This document shows, one piece after another, positions 1 through 14,260 of a stretch of DNA of 64,000 bases. Position 1 is the stretch's first letter. Every line of letters starts with the position of its first letter. The notes below the pieces were generated by a model that saw only the letters and a program-made list of their open reading frames with translations, was not told where the DNA came from and made no database searches. The stretch is taken from assembly GCF_009914755.1 (NCBI RefSeq), contig NC_060937.1, one strand, 5' to 3'. The position numbers and the translations under genes are program-made. Source of the stretch: the human T2T-CHM13v2.0 reference genome, Homo sapiens.

Positions 1-650
1 CCTGTGGTGGTTCCTCTCCTCCTGCCTCTGAATGTGGGCATGGCTCAAGGCTCTGCCCCTGGATCTCTTCTTTCACTTGTTACCAACATCAGTTTCAAGT
101 TTCAGGGCATTTAAACAACACAGTGATGGGTCTCAAATATGTATATCCTGCTATATCCTCCTTCTCAGGACTCATAAGTTAAACTACCTCCATAATATTT
201 CTATTTAGATGCCTAGTAGACATTTTAATCATCCTGCCTAAAACAGGACTCTCAGTTTTTCACCTGAATATGTTCCAGACCTAAATTTCCCAATTTCCCC
301 TGTCATTAAAGTGAAAAAACATGGAGTTGAGAGGTTAGACACAAATCTTCTCTTTCCTTCACACCCCAACATCTAATCTGTCTACAGGCCATATGGGCTG
401 TAACACATATGCAGTACATATCCAAAATCTCACCATTCTTTACCACCTTTTTTCGCTATATCTTAGTCCAAACTATCATTATATGTATTATTATTTCACT
501 CTTTCCTCACTAAAGTCAGTTCTACACATAGTAATCGAAATGTTCTCTAAAAATAAAAAAAAATGAAAATCATAGGTCAGATTAAGGTATCCCTCTGCTG
601 AAAACTGTAAGTCACTTTTCTTCCCACTTAGGATGCAATATAAATCTTTA
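1..650 (+). mobile_element. Old L2 LINE remnant
   Basis: Degenerate L2 3'-region phrases (e.g. tctcaaatatgtatatc, tttagatgcctagtagacat, aacatctaatctgtc, atccaaaatctcaccattcttt). Confidence 0.55.
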
Positions 651-2456
651 CTGATTAAATCAACTGATCTCTGTTGAAAAATTTACACTGACAGTAAATT
701 GTTACCACCCAGACTTAAGAAGCCATTGGGTGAAAGAAGTAGAATAGTGTTTACTAATTCTTCCTGGAAAAATTAGGAGATGGATAAAATTTATTCTGGG
801 GTACCCTCTTCCTTTACATGCCACTCTGCCTGTCCCCAGGTGTTCTCATTATGCCATAAATTCTTCACTACTATTCCTAATTTCCATGGAATGTTGGAAG
901 GATCAATGTAGGAAGGATCTAAATTCTAAAATTACTATCTTTTCAATCTCCTGAAAAAGGAAAATGAACAAGAATGGCCCTATTACCTTAGTGCAATTTT
1001 CTTAGCTAGGTGTTGGAAGGAATAATTGTAATTAATTAATCTATAGATTGTAAGGATTTCTATGACTGTTACTACTACTATAGACATTATCAATGATAAT
1101 AAAATAATCATAATAATTACTACTATTTTATGCCTGGCACTTTAAGTACTTCTGAACTTCACTACCAAACACTGCAAAAACTAAGGATCAGAGAGCCTAA
1201 AGTTTTGCCCCCAAACTAGAAAGTAAGCAACTGTCAGGAATCAAATCTATTTCTACCACGTCCAACCATGGACTCCTAACTATTAAGAAAAAAAACACAA
1301 AACTAAGCATGTGAAGTGGAATTTGGGGTAGTGTAGGTAAATATATTTTTGAAAAAGTCTGCTATGAATTGGCTCCCTTTCAAGTTCCTGCATTCACAAG
1401 TCTGCTTCCTGTCTTTTCTTTTGAATCTATAACTTCAAACTATGACTCCAAATTTATCTGTAACTCCAAATATCTCAGCTGCTATTTTTATTATGTTTCT
1501 CTTGGGTCTTTGAGATATGGTTAAAGCAGAGTACTCAGAAAAGTGTGAATAAAGACAATCAGTTTAATTACAACACTTTTGTATATTATACATTTTATTT
1601 TTTAAAAAATCAAAACCAAAAAACCAAATAAGATATGATGAATGTTGTTTAAGGTAAAGGACCAATGGTGTTTAAGCAATGTTGATATTTTTTACTTTTA
1701 TAATGAAAGATCACTGTTATATTTTAAAATAATAATTTAAGAAAATTTGGAAAAACACTTTCAATGATTAGAAAATAAGATTTAACCTGTTTACGACTGA
1801 GGTTGCAATGTTTTGAATTTTTGCATGAAATTTACATGTGTTACCTAGAAAAATTCAAGGAACAAGAATTTAAAAAGAAAAAAAATATTATGTCCCTTTG
1901 GTGAGTTACGTGGCATTCCAATAATGGAACACTAGGCATATTAAGATGCAGATTTGCAGTAAATTTTCAGACATATTTGCAAATCGTCCTATGATCATTC
2001 ATTGATTCTTCTGTTAAAAGTATGTTTATGAGAAAACTAGTATCCTGAATGTTGCATTTGCGTCTTTTAAAACATCTAGTGTTTGCGGTATAAATTTTCT
2101 ATGTTTCATGCCCAAAAAATAAAGAGAATAGTGTCTCTTTCCTTAGTCTTTACTTCACAACCACCTGATTAGTAAAAATGTAGGTTATAACTTCCTTCAG
2201 ATGCTTGGTGTCTAAACCATTCTATCAAATGACACAGGGAACAACACTGGAAATTAAGGCATACAGCTTGTTTAACAACAAAACTTGTGAAGGTGAAGGT
2301 TATAATGAAAGAAAAGGAGGTAAGTTCCTTTTCATGCCAAAAATTCTGTGCTAATTCTGAATCATGTTTGCCTTTTGACTGTGTGATAATCTTACTAGAT
2401 CCGCATTCAGATCTCTGTGAATTTATGGAGGTACAGGTTTCAAAAACTAAGGGTAG

Positions 2457-2845
<389 letters not shown>

Positions 2846-3638
2846 TCACTATTTTCTATTCACGAGGAGTGACCTTTTCTGACCTGTCAAAAGATTATTC
2901 ATCCTTCAAACCTCATCTTAATACATCCCTTTTTGGTCCTTTCTGTTGACTGCGATAACTTCTTTCACAGAATCTCCGTACTACATAGGCAAGACTTGTC
3001 ACATACTACCTTTGATGAGAATTGCTTGTCTACCATTCATGTAACTCCTATACCTAGCAATGCCCTGGAGAGCAGTGAGTGAATGTTGCACTAATATTTG
3101 ATCTACTAGAGAGCCTGGCAATTAAAATAAATATATTGTTTGTAGTCCATTAGAAAAGAAGGAAAGAAAATAACATCACCATCAAGGATATTATGTTTTG
3201 TTATATTCTCATGTTATACTTTGTTTAACAATGTTTCTGCAATGTAGATTTTTACTCTCATTGCTTAATTTTAGGTATTCTTTCATTTTGTTTAGTGAAT
3301 AGTAGTTAAAAATCATCATCAACTGTGTATGAGGAAATAGCAACTTCAAAATTACGTTATTTTTCTTTGCACAGAATTTAATAAAATGCATTAATATTGT
3401 ACTATGCTGTAACAAGTAGCTACATGTAAGAAATTTTAAAATGTAGGGCTGAAAGTTACTTTGTGTAATATACATAATAGATTTCTTAAGAAGAATTTGA
3501 TGACATTTTGAAAATCTCTATTTAATCCTATACTTTACTTTCAAAATTCAGTGCTTCTCTACTGTAGGGTTAAAAATGTATGATCCAGAAATAAGTTAAT
3601 TGGTTAAGTTAAAAAGAAATGTTTGTTCAATATATTAG

Positions 3639-4042
<404 letters not shown>

Positions 4043-4421
4043 CTGCAAGCATCTTTAATAAGCATTTAAGATTGTTCAAAAGTGAAAACTTGTTCTGGTG
4101 TAAAATATTTATATATATAAATATAAAGAGGTTACCAATCAATATGAAACAATCGGCTGTTGGGAAGAATTACATATCCCATTCTCTTTTGAATCATAAG
4201 AGTGTATACTTTTATTAAAAATATAATCTTAAAGGATAAGGATAATCTGAAAATAATTTATATTGATTCACCTTTGAATATGTTGAGTGATTCTAAAGTT
4301 GAAAACTCATGAATTGATTGTTTTATGTACTAGAAAAGCACAATTTCATTTCAGGAACCAAAAACGTATGTAGGGGACGAGGAAATGTCTACAGCAAAAT
4401 AATTCATACTATAATAAAGAA

Positions 4422-4577
4422 CTGCTTCTTAAACTTTAATGTACATCGTAATCACCTGGAAATCTTGTTAAAATGCAGATTCTGATCCAGTAGGTGTGGG
4501 GATTTTGCATTTCTAACAAGCACCCAGCTAATGCAAATGCTTCTGGTTCATGGGTAGACTGCATTTTGAGTAGCAAG
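4422..4577. mobile_element. MER5-family hAT-Charlie DNA transposon
   Basis: aaactttaatgtacat..aatcacctgg..cttgttaaaatgcagattctga..tgcatttctaacaag..tttgagtagcaag. Confidence 0.8.
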
Positions 4578-5764
4578 TCCTTAAATAGAATTAGTTAATG
4601 TTTAATGATCTACCACAAGAAGAAAAGACTAGGATGATTAAAGTAAGGAGGAAAGGGAAAATTATTTTCCACTGGTAAAAAATCATCTGGATAATAATAT
4701 TACATATCCCATTATTACATATCCCATTCTCTTTTGAATCTAACAAATTAATGTGTAATTCATTAGATATACTAATGTTTATTTTTTAACATATTGTTCT
4801 GCTATACCCTTAAAATAAATATACACATTAACTGACCATTAAGCTTCAGACATGGAAAATTCATGGGCTTTATAAGGCTCAGCTGTTAACATCTACAAAA
4901 AAGACAGTATTATAAAGCAAAAACAGAAATATTAAGACCATTTTCAATGAGTCTTTAAAGAGAGGGAGACATCATTAACTTTAACAGCAACTTACAAGTA
5001 TTTCATTGGTTTGTTTCTTTCAATTTATGTGGACGCAAACAATTTCACATTTTTCCTCTAAACTTTTCAATACAAATGCATTAAGCCTTTCTCTGTATTG
5101 TGTCTTATATCTAACCTATCCCCCACAGGCATCAAAGCTGAACATGATGGTCATGCTGTTCCATGACGCTGTGAAAGACAAACAAAGAACAAACACACCC
5201 AACGACTTAAAACTTGGAGTCAAGGGAGCTCTCCAGGTTGCAGGATGCCTCTCTGATCCTCCTAGTAAATATAAAAGCCTCTTTCTTCAGTAACTGAAAA
5301 CAATCACAACTGTCTTTCCCCGTGTCTTGTTGAACCTCTAGGGATAGAGGAAAGGCAGAGTATAGAAATGTGCACCAAAGTGTCCGCGAATGGATTTGAT
5401 TTATATAGTATGGCTTGCTATAACCTGAGAGGATTAGCTAGTGGGTTTCCTTAGAGACAGTTTCTATTTCCAGTAGAAGACCTTCTAACATCTTTAAATG
5501 GTACAGCTACAAAATGCTATTTTTCTAAAATACAACTGATCAACTAATGCTCTTATTAAGCTGCATCCTACATTTTATACAACTCTATACCTAAATATGC
5601 ATAATCACAAATATTATCACAGTTCTATGATTATTGATTGTAATAAAATTTAGAAATCATATTTATTTATATTTTTAATATAGATGAGAAAATGCAACTA
5701 TATTCACAATATAGAGATTTAGAGATTTTAAAGCCCATGTTCTCCAAAGAACAAAGTGAATTTT

Positions 5765-6045
5765 TTTAATGTTTAATTTTTAATTATTATGGATACATAA
5801 CAGTTGTACACATTTATGAGGTACATGTGATATTTTGATACAAGTGTACAATGTATAACGATCCAATGGGGTAATTGAGATATCCATCCCCTCTAGCATT
5901 TACAATTTTTTGTGATAGGAATATTCCAATTTTAATCTTTTAGTTATTTTGAAATAAACAATAAATTATTGTTAACTATAGTCACCCTGTACTGTAATCA
6001 TTGTGACTATAGTTGGTACCGAACACTAGATCTCACTCCTCCTAA
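5765..6045 (-). mobile_element. L1MA-type 3' end fragment
   Basis: ggatacataacagttgtacacatttatgaggtacatgtgatattttgataca ... ttaactatagtcacc resembles antisense L1MA 3' UTR. Confidence 0.8.
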
Positions 6046-6794
6046 TGAATTTCAAGAGTATAATAGAATTGTAAAAATTTCATGAGAAATATACAGTAAT
6101 AAAACCAATAAGACAATTTATATGTTACAGTTGACTAATAGAGCATTCAGGAGAAATTGGAAAAAAACTGTGTCATATGCTTATCATGCGAATTTCTGTG
6201 TATGTATGTGAGATTTCTGAGTTTACTGAAATGGCAAGTCGCTTACCTTGCTATGTCAGCAGTGCTATACAAGTATTATTATAAAAGATATTTTATGTCA
6301 AATGCAACCCTGTCAATTTCTATCATCTAAACGTCCTAATCTTTATTGAATCTAAAAATGTGATGCAAAGTAAAGATTTTTTTCAAAACATATTTTGGTA
6401 CTTTTATCTTGACAATGCTTTTATTTATGAAATCATAGAAAATAATCTTAAAGGTATTTTTAATTGGCATGGGAGGTATAATTCCTCATGTAATCTTGTG
6501 TATTAACACTAATTCTATTTTACTAATAGAAATTTTCTGTTAATTTCAATAAGTTATTTATCTATAAAACATGTACATGTCCTTTTAATGAAATATTTGG
6601 AATCACATTTGAAAAGAGAAAAAAATTATCCTAGTGATCTGCCCTGGAAAGCTTTTACTTTACTGGTGAATAAAATCCTGAGAAATAGGCTTTATGCTTT
6701 CACTCTTATAATATCTATAACTTCATGGGAATAATTCTATTTTTTAAAAACTAAACTGAAAGTTCCTTTTTATAAGAGCAGCTGTAATAGATCT

Positions 6795-7285
6795 TTAATT
6801 TTTTTTAATTTCTGTAAGTTTTAGGGGAACAGGTGGTATTTGGTTACATGAGTAAGTTCTTTAGTGGTGATTTGAGAGATTTCTATGCACCCATCACCCA
6901 AGAAGTATACACCAAACCTGATTTGTAGTCTTTTATCCCTCACCCACTTCCCACCACCCTTTTCCCCTGAGTCTCCAAAGTCCATTGTGTCATTCTTATG
7001 CCTTTGCATCCTCATAGCTTAGCTCCAACTTATGACTGAGAACATACGACGTTTGGTTTTCCATTCCTGAGTTACTTCACTTAGAATAATAGTCTCCAAT
7101 CCCATCCAGGTTGCTGAGAATGCCGTTAATTCCTTCATATATATATATGAAGGAATACACACACACACACACGTATATATATACACATATACACACATAT
7201 ATACATATACATATATACGTGTGTGTGTGTGTGTGTGTATCTCTCTCACAATTTCTTTGTCCACTCATTGATTGGTGGACATTTG
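6795..7285 (-). mobile_element. L1PB-type 3' end with internal TA/CA microsatellite
   Basis: Minus-strand translation gives an ORF2 C-terminus remnant (ELTAFSATWMGLETIILSEVTQEWKTKRRMFS) followed by L1PB 3' UTR. Confidence 0.88.
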
Positions 7286-7392
7286 GAGAAATATCTTAAT
7301 TTAAAAAGCATACTGTAACTTTCAAGATTTTTTATTCTTTTTACTGATTCATTAAGTTTTATTTATTGTGCACCAATTATATGATAGTCACT

Positions 7393-7525
7393 GTAGTACT
7401 GTCCATTAAACACAGACGCATGTAACTAGCAAGCACTGAAATGTGGCTACTGTGACTGAAGAAATATTTTTCTTATACCATTTACTTTTAATTCTAAATT
7501 TAAATTGTCACATGTGGTTAGTGAC
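7393..7525. mobile_element. MER3-like hAT fragment
   Basis: gcactgaaatgtggctactgtgactgaagaa ... cacatgtggttagtgactac..ttggatagcatag. Confidence 0.65.
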
Positions 7526-10500
7526 TACTTCTTTGGATAGCATAGTAAATATAGGCAACAAGGATACGGCTTAACTGCGAGTAAAGAAACCTGCCTGATA
7601 AAATTTCTTTCTAATTAGTTACAAAAATATATACAATTAAAAAATAAATGTACAATATAAAGTTAGACAGTGATAAGTGCCATGATGAGAAAAGAGATAA
7701 AAATGTAAATGAAAAAGGATAGAAAGCAATAACGAGGCAGTACTGAAAGGAGCCCTAAGTGGATGAAGGAGAAAGCCATTTGACAATCTGCAAAAGATCA
7801 TTCCAGATAGAGAGAAAACTTAGCAAGAGAATAAGAAGTTACTTAGGCTAATGCTTCAAGGAAAAAGTGCTTTGTCTTCAAGAAAAAAAAAATGTAATGT
7901 TTTAATTTACTTATATAAATACAAGTAGTGAATGCAGTTTTTAAACAAAATAAAACAAATTCTTGATAGAGTTATTAAAAATAATACAAAATTAGTCTAC
8001 CAAAGGCACATCAAATATTTATGCCCTTCTTGACATTAAAATTGATCAGTTGAAATCTTACTTGCCAGTCTCATTTTGTAAGGCTTATAATATTAAAAAG
8101 TTTTGTGAAGGTCCTCATAGAATTTTAAATATGCAAAGAATCTTAGAAATTGTACTCTAAATTCCTTATTATACAAAGACACTGAGGCTTAAAGATATTA
8201 CCTGATTCCTGTCACTAGCCCTTTGATACCCAGTTCATCTTATTATACTATGGGTGCTATGCTTCATATCTCTAATGGCATCAAAACATTAGAGACGCAG
8301 AAAACAGGACAGGTAAAAACACTAATTGTGAACAGAATATCAATGTTTGTTAAGTAAATAAATGTATGAATCATTGTAGGGCTAATTTTTACTTTTCCAA
8401 AATCAGAGTCTGCTAGACTTCTTTATGGTAATTTCACCTAGACTTTGATATCTTAAATTAAGAGGAAATATTTTATTTTGTTTTGTTTATAATTAATTCA
8501 AAATAGAGAGGAAACTGAGCAATTAATGAACCATTTTTGAGGAAGATAAACTAGCAAATTGAAGAATGTACTTTCTAAGGTAGAACTTTGGATTTCTGCT
8601 TTGAAAATGCTGGGTGGTCAGAATCCAGTAAAAAGCTGTTAATGTAAATTAGTAATTAAATTGTAGAATAGAGAAGTGCCCAAATACACTAATAATATAG
8701 ATTTGTCAACAAGGATTTCAAAAGTATGAATAATTTTACTATAACTCAAGCTTTTCTGTAATTTTTGAATAATATATTTTTAAAACATAGCAAAACCCTT
8801 CTTATCTCCCAGAAAGAATACGCATTGCCTGTTTATGTTCTATGTGCTTTAAGTTCTTGATCGTTTCCAATAATATCTAAAAATGTCAGATGAAAGCACA
8901 CTTTTCATTTGACCTTCTTATTGATAAGTACACAATGGGAAAATAGTCAAATTGTTAATTTCTATTTTTCTTCTTACTGAAAAACACTAACAAATGATTG
9001 CACAAGAAGTTCTCAAGGTCTTGACCTCCATTCTATTCATATGTGATCTACTAAGACTGTAATTCTCAATGCAATGAAATATGTTTTTAGTGCTTGAATA
9101 TCCACTCATATCATGATGAATGTCTTGAAGATATCCCTCTTCTTTTAAAAAAGAAAACAATTCACTCTCTGAGCTTATAAGTTTTACTATAGGCTAAATT
9201 CTCATTCCACAAGTAATACAAATATATTCTTATCACATAATTTTATAACTACTTTATCTGTTTAGTACATTTCTGTGTCTCAACATAAATTCTTTGGAGA
9301 ATGTACATTCCTCGAAAATATAAATTCCTGGAAAACAGGGAGGTTATCTTGATCATTTTGTTGATCCCAGGTACTAACATATTATTGGCTCTCAATAAAT
9401 ACTTGATAAAAATTTGAATAAATTTGAAGAATTTATCTCTATAAATCACTACTTTGTTCACATCCCTCTATCTTGAATTGCTTCCTAATGGGTATAATTA
9501 TTTCAACCCTTTTAAAGGAAACTATTATATAATCTCATATAAAGTTAGGAACACATTCTCACATTTCAGTTTGAAAACACTGGAAACAACTAAAACATCA
9601 AGAAAGCTATTGTGCTCACCATAAGTTAACACTAGCCTGCCACTTCAGGTGTTTCTCTAACCACTTTCCTGCACAAATCTCTGCCCTGGTCAAGCCATTA
9701 TCACCCCCACCTGGACTTGCCTTATATTCTTAACGCCATTCTCTCTTCTCTACCTGCCCTGTCTCCGGCCCCTCCCAAGAGCATTCTCTGTCTGTCTCCT
9801 TTCTGTTAAAACTCTGCTAATCCTCTTTCAAGAAACTGTATGAAAGAAAGAAATTGAACTAACTCAAAGATGAAGAGTCCTTGCTGGAACTGAACCACTT
9901 GCTTTCAATATGATCCTAAACAAGCCACTTTAGTACTCTGATTTCTTATTTGTAAAAATTGGAGTAAATCAACACATTAAAATTAGCTTGAGTAGAAATT
10001 CCACAATGATACCTATTTCAGAAAAAAAAAACATGTTGTACAAGTGTAATTTGTCGATTAGTAAATTTTAAAAATTGGGGTAAATCAGTCTATAATTAAA
10101 AGAATTGCTGGAAGATGTAGAAAGAGATGAACACAGTTCCTAGTACATATTAAAAATATAATACATATTGGGGATGGGGAAAAACAAAAAGAATATAATA
10201 CGTATTCTTCCACTATGCAATTCTTTGACATTAATTTTGTCAGTGTTAAGATGTGAAAAAAATCTGATTTTCCAAACCTACTATATTTTTGTGAATAATT
10301 AAGTGAAAAGTGTTAAAATAATATGAAATAACTAAAAATCAAACAAATATTAGTTATTGACTTAAACTTATTTGAGACACTTCTTCAAAGGTTTAATCTC
10401 TCTTCTAAAGGTTTCTCTGACGATCCCAGTCAGAAATAATAGCTTCCATTTCTATAGCACTTTTTGGCTGCATATATATTGCCTTACATTATACATATAA

Positions 10501-11344
10501 AACCCATAGGTTTATGAGTGCTTTTATAAAATCCTTTTAAGATAGTTGGATTTCAAATAACAAGAACATATTCATTCTGACTGAACGAAAGTGAATTCAA
10601 AATTAGGGGGGTGGTATTAGAAATGTATTAGAAAGGATCTGGGTTATCTCATAAAATAGAAGGAAGGCTGAATAACTAAGCACTGGTGGCTAAACTCAGA
10701 AAGGTGGAAATCATAGTGAATGGAGTAGATTCCTGAAGAGATGTGGATAAAATAACACAGATAACCTGTAAGAGGGATAGTCCTTTCTTTACATTTACGT
10801 CCAAAGCTACACCTTTGAAACCACTCGATTTAAATACTTGGTCCCTTGTATCTTTGCCAGAAGCACATGTAAACTCTGTTTTTATAAGGACAGTTCACGT
10901 AAGATACTATTATCTTTCAACGAGTAGCAGAAAGGGAAAACTGTTTAACAGGAACTGTCCCTCTGACCAATTCTGTTGGCAAGCACCTTAGTCCTGTTGC
11001 TTCTTTTCTGTCCATCAACACCTAATTGCTTTTGTAAACTCTAAAAAGATAAGCTGGAAATATGTATCTGAAATCCCTATTACAGCAAAAAGTTAAAATT
11101 AATACTATGTTCAAATGTACCAGACTAAAATCACATTGGTTTGGAACCCAATAAATATCCAGTGACATGCTAGGTCTTGACTGTACCCAGGACAAATTTC
11201 CTCAGCCTAGTGAAATAAAGATGTCTGAAAAATTAAGTAAATCCCATACCAAAAATGATAGTGTCATAAGATCTTCCCTTTCCTTGAAGGTTTAGCTCTT
11301 GGTCAACTGCATATGAAGATTTGTGCTTTGTGCTACTGGAGATT

Positions 11345-11347
<3 letters not shown>

Positions 11348-11378
<31 letters not shown>
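11348..11378. repeat. (CA)n microsatellite
   Basis: ~15 perfect AC units. Confidence 0.95.
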
Positions 11379-11379
<1 letters not shown>

Positions 11380-13155
11380 CATAGGAGAAAAAATCAATCT
11401 CTGGCACTCTTCCCTTGTAACACAATAGTTTTTGCAGTCTTTTATCTATTTTTTTTCTCTAATCAGGTTTCATTATATTTAACACAATAAAAATAAATTC
11501 AGGAAAGTAAGCACAATATCTCAAATCTTGCCTGAAATTAAAGAAAGAACATGAATTTCAACTAGAGTACCTATCTGTTAAACTCTAAAACATGAGTTTT
11601 TCTGAAATAAATGTCATATAAATAAATAATGCCTTGTGCAGAGCCTATGTTACTATAGATTACCTTGGATGTATATTCTTAATTACTTCCTTCTAAGGGA
11701 AGAGGGGATCTTTACTTACAAGTAATATTTAAAGAGAATCTTATAGTTATGAGTCTATGGATGCTTCAAATAAAGGTTCCTTTAATTTTTCTATTTGAAA
11801 GTCTCCTGAAATCCCCATGGAAACGACCTTTTACTAATTCTGTCCATATTTCTATGGAAGTGAAACCAGTTTTAAATATTCCTGTTAAGTCAGATTTTAT
11901 TATACAAACGAGGCCAACATTTAACTTCAGTGTCACTAATATTTAAGTTACACATACATACACAGAAACAAGAAACAATGTAACTTTCGAATTGCATACC
12001 TATAGGTTATTTACATTTTTTCTATTACATAAATCAAGAGGAATTTTAAAAAAGCTGATTGGACAGAAGACTATCAAAGCAAAAGCAGTTTTCAAAGTTA
12101 AATTGAGAAGAAAACTTTGTTTGGGGAATCTTATCAGTCTTACTTATCAAATACTTAATGATGCCAATTTTGTGCCAGATACTTTTCTAAGTGCTTTCAA
12201 ATATTGACTTGTTGATTACTGCACTCATATAAGCACTACAGAAATTATAAAACATTCAATGTTTCTCTGTTTTACTAATGTTGATTCACTCATAAAATCA
12301 TTGTCTCCAAATAAAAACATAGGGGACAAAAATTCAATCATGACTGTGGAAAACTGAAATAAGTTTTTTAACTTTTATCTTTTTTTTTTGTATTTGATTT
12401 TCCAGAGGTATAATGACTCTTCAAAAAAAACTACATTGTTATCGACCATTTCTGACCATCTCCTCAAATTAGCTGTTTAATATTTGTTCAGAGAATAAAA
12501 CTAGCTTAATATTTGCTCAAAATTTATAATTGAAGAATTTAATTTGCTACTAAAAACTGAGGAATGGCAGCTTAAGTTTAAAAGCAAATAAAAGTCGGAT
12601 CATGTGGTATATTTTGCAATGTAAAACCTTTGCTTCCTATTTACAATAATATTCATATTTATTATTGTATTAGGTTTACCACCATTTAAAATTTGCAGTT
12701 TGAAGTTTCTGATGCCTTCTATAGAATTGCCAGGAAATGGAGAGCATTTATTTCTGCTCATTTAATTTACTCTAGGAGAACTGAAAAGTTTTGCGACTTT
12801 TTGACATGAGGGGCACAGTTGGAACTACTCAGCAGTTAGAGTAGATGTCGAAATATAGGAACAAAACAAAATAAAACAAAAATGTTTCAAACAAATAACA
12901 AAGAGACATCATCATTAATATAAATATGAGACCGTTTATCAAAAAAAGTCATTTGTAATTACAATGGATGTGTTTTGTGTCAGGGAAGAATTACCGGCTT
13001 GATTGAAAATAGGAACCTGGATCACTTGTGAAAACTGAGAAATTTCCGTAAGAGGATGTTATCCCTCCAAACCACTGACAAAACAATGCCTATGAAAATA
13101 CCAGTCAATACAGTCTCCTGGGACAATTAATAATGTCTTGACTATTATTTTCATA

Positions 13156-13445
13156 CTTTCTTTTTTTTTTTTTGAGACAGAGTCTCGCTCTTTCGCCCAG
13201 GCTGGAGTTCAGTGGCGCGATCTCAGCTCACTGCAAGCTCCGCCTCCCAGGTTCATGCCATTCTCCTGCCTCAGCCTCCGAGCAGCTGGGACTACAGGCG
13301 CCCTCCACCACGCCCCGCTAATTATTTGTATTTTAGTAGAAACGGCGTTTCATCGTGTTAGACAGGATGGTCTCGATCTCCTGACCCTGTGATCCACCCG
13401 CCTCGGCCTCCCAAAGTGCTGGGATTACAGGCGTGAGCCACCGCG
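13156..13445 (-). mobile_element. Alu (AluY-like)
   Basis: Antisense Alu with CTGCAAGCTCCGCC and GGTCTCGATCTCCTGACC; many CpGs retained. Confidence 0.93.
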
Positions 13446-13734
13446 TACATTTTGAGATCTTTAAAAGTAACTGCTTAATCTCTCTTCCTTAATAGGTACC
13501 AAAGGATGGAAATACCAGTTTGAAAGCAATAAAAATAATTCGTTACTCTTAAGACAAGTTATTAGACTTTACCAGAACTTTTTGAGCAAAATAAAGATTT
13601 GTGCCAACTAGAATGCTTTGGGGAGAAATTATTCATATTTCTGGGGATATAAGAATGAATTATTATATTTTGACAATATTGATAATTATAATGATATTTA
13701 AAGGTATATTTCCTTAAAAGTAATAATAAAAATG

Positions 13735-14020
13735 ATTACTAAAAAGCAAGATACAAGATATTACATACAGCATGACTCCATATATATGAAATAACCAAGA
13801 AGGTCAATTTTATAGAGATAGCTGACTCCATGTATATGGGAACAGATATTAACAATAAATGAGTACAAGAGATCTCACTGGAGTGATAAAAATGTTTTAA
13901 AACTGGTTTATAGGAATGGTTGCTCGACTTGATATGTTTACTAAACATTATGGAATTTTAAACTTTAAATGAGTGACTTATATGATATGTAAAATGTACC
14001 TTAAGTTGTAAAAAATAAAG
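13735..14020 (+). mobile_element. L1MB/L1MC-type 3' end fragment
   Basis: ggagtgataaaaatgttttaaaactgg..tggttgc..aactttaaatgagtgacttatatgatatgtaaaatgtacct resembles an L1M 3' terminus. Confidence 0.7.
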
Positions 14021-14109
14021 GGATCACTAACTTTTAAAGGAGAGGTGACACTGAAGTGGTCACTTAATCGGTGATAGTTTGTTGTGAAGAGTAAACAAAC
14101 TCTATGGAT

Positions 14110-14260
14110 ACATCACTTAATATTTCTGAAACTCAAGTTTCTTCATCAAGGAATTGAGGATAAAAGTAACATTTACCTAATAGAGCTGTTTTGAAGGTTA
14201 AAAATAATCCACAAAGAAAGAATATGTGGAATGTATGTGGTGCAAAACAAGTACCAGGTA
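14110..14260 (+). mobile_element. MIR remnant
   Basis: tcacttaatatttctgaaactcaagtttcttcatc..gaggataaaagtaac..acctaatagagctgttttgaagg MIR core-like. Confidence 0.6.

Noticed and set aside
6821-7264. ORFs resembling the L1 ORF2 C-terminus
   Set aside because: Dead, 5'-truncated L1PB fragment.
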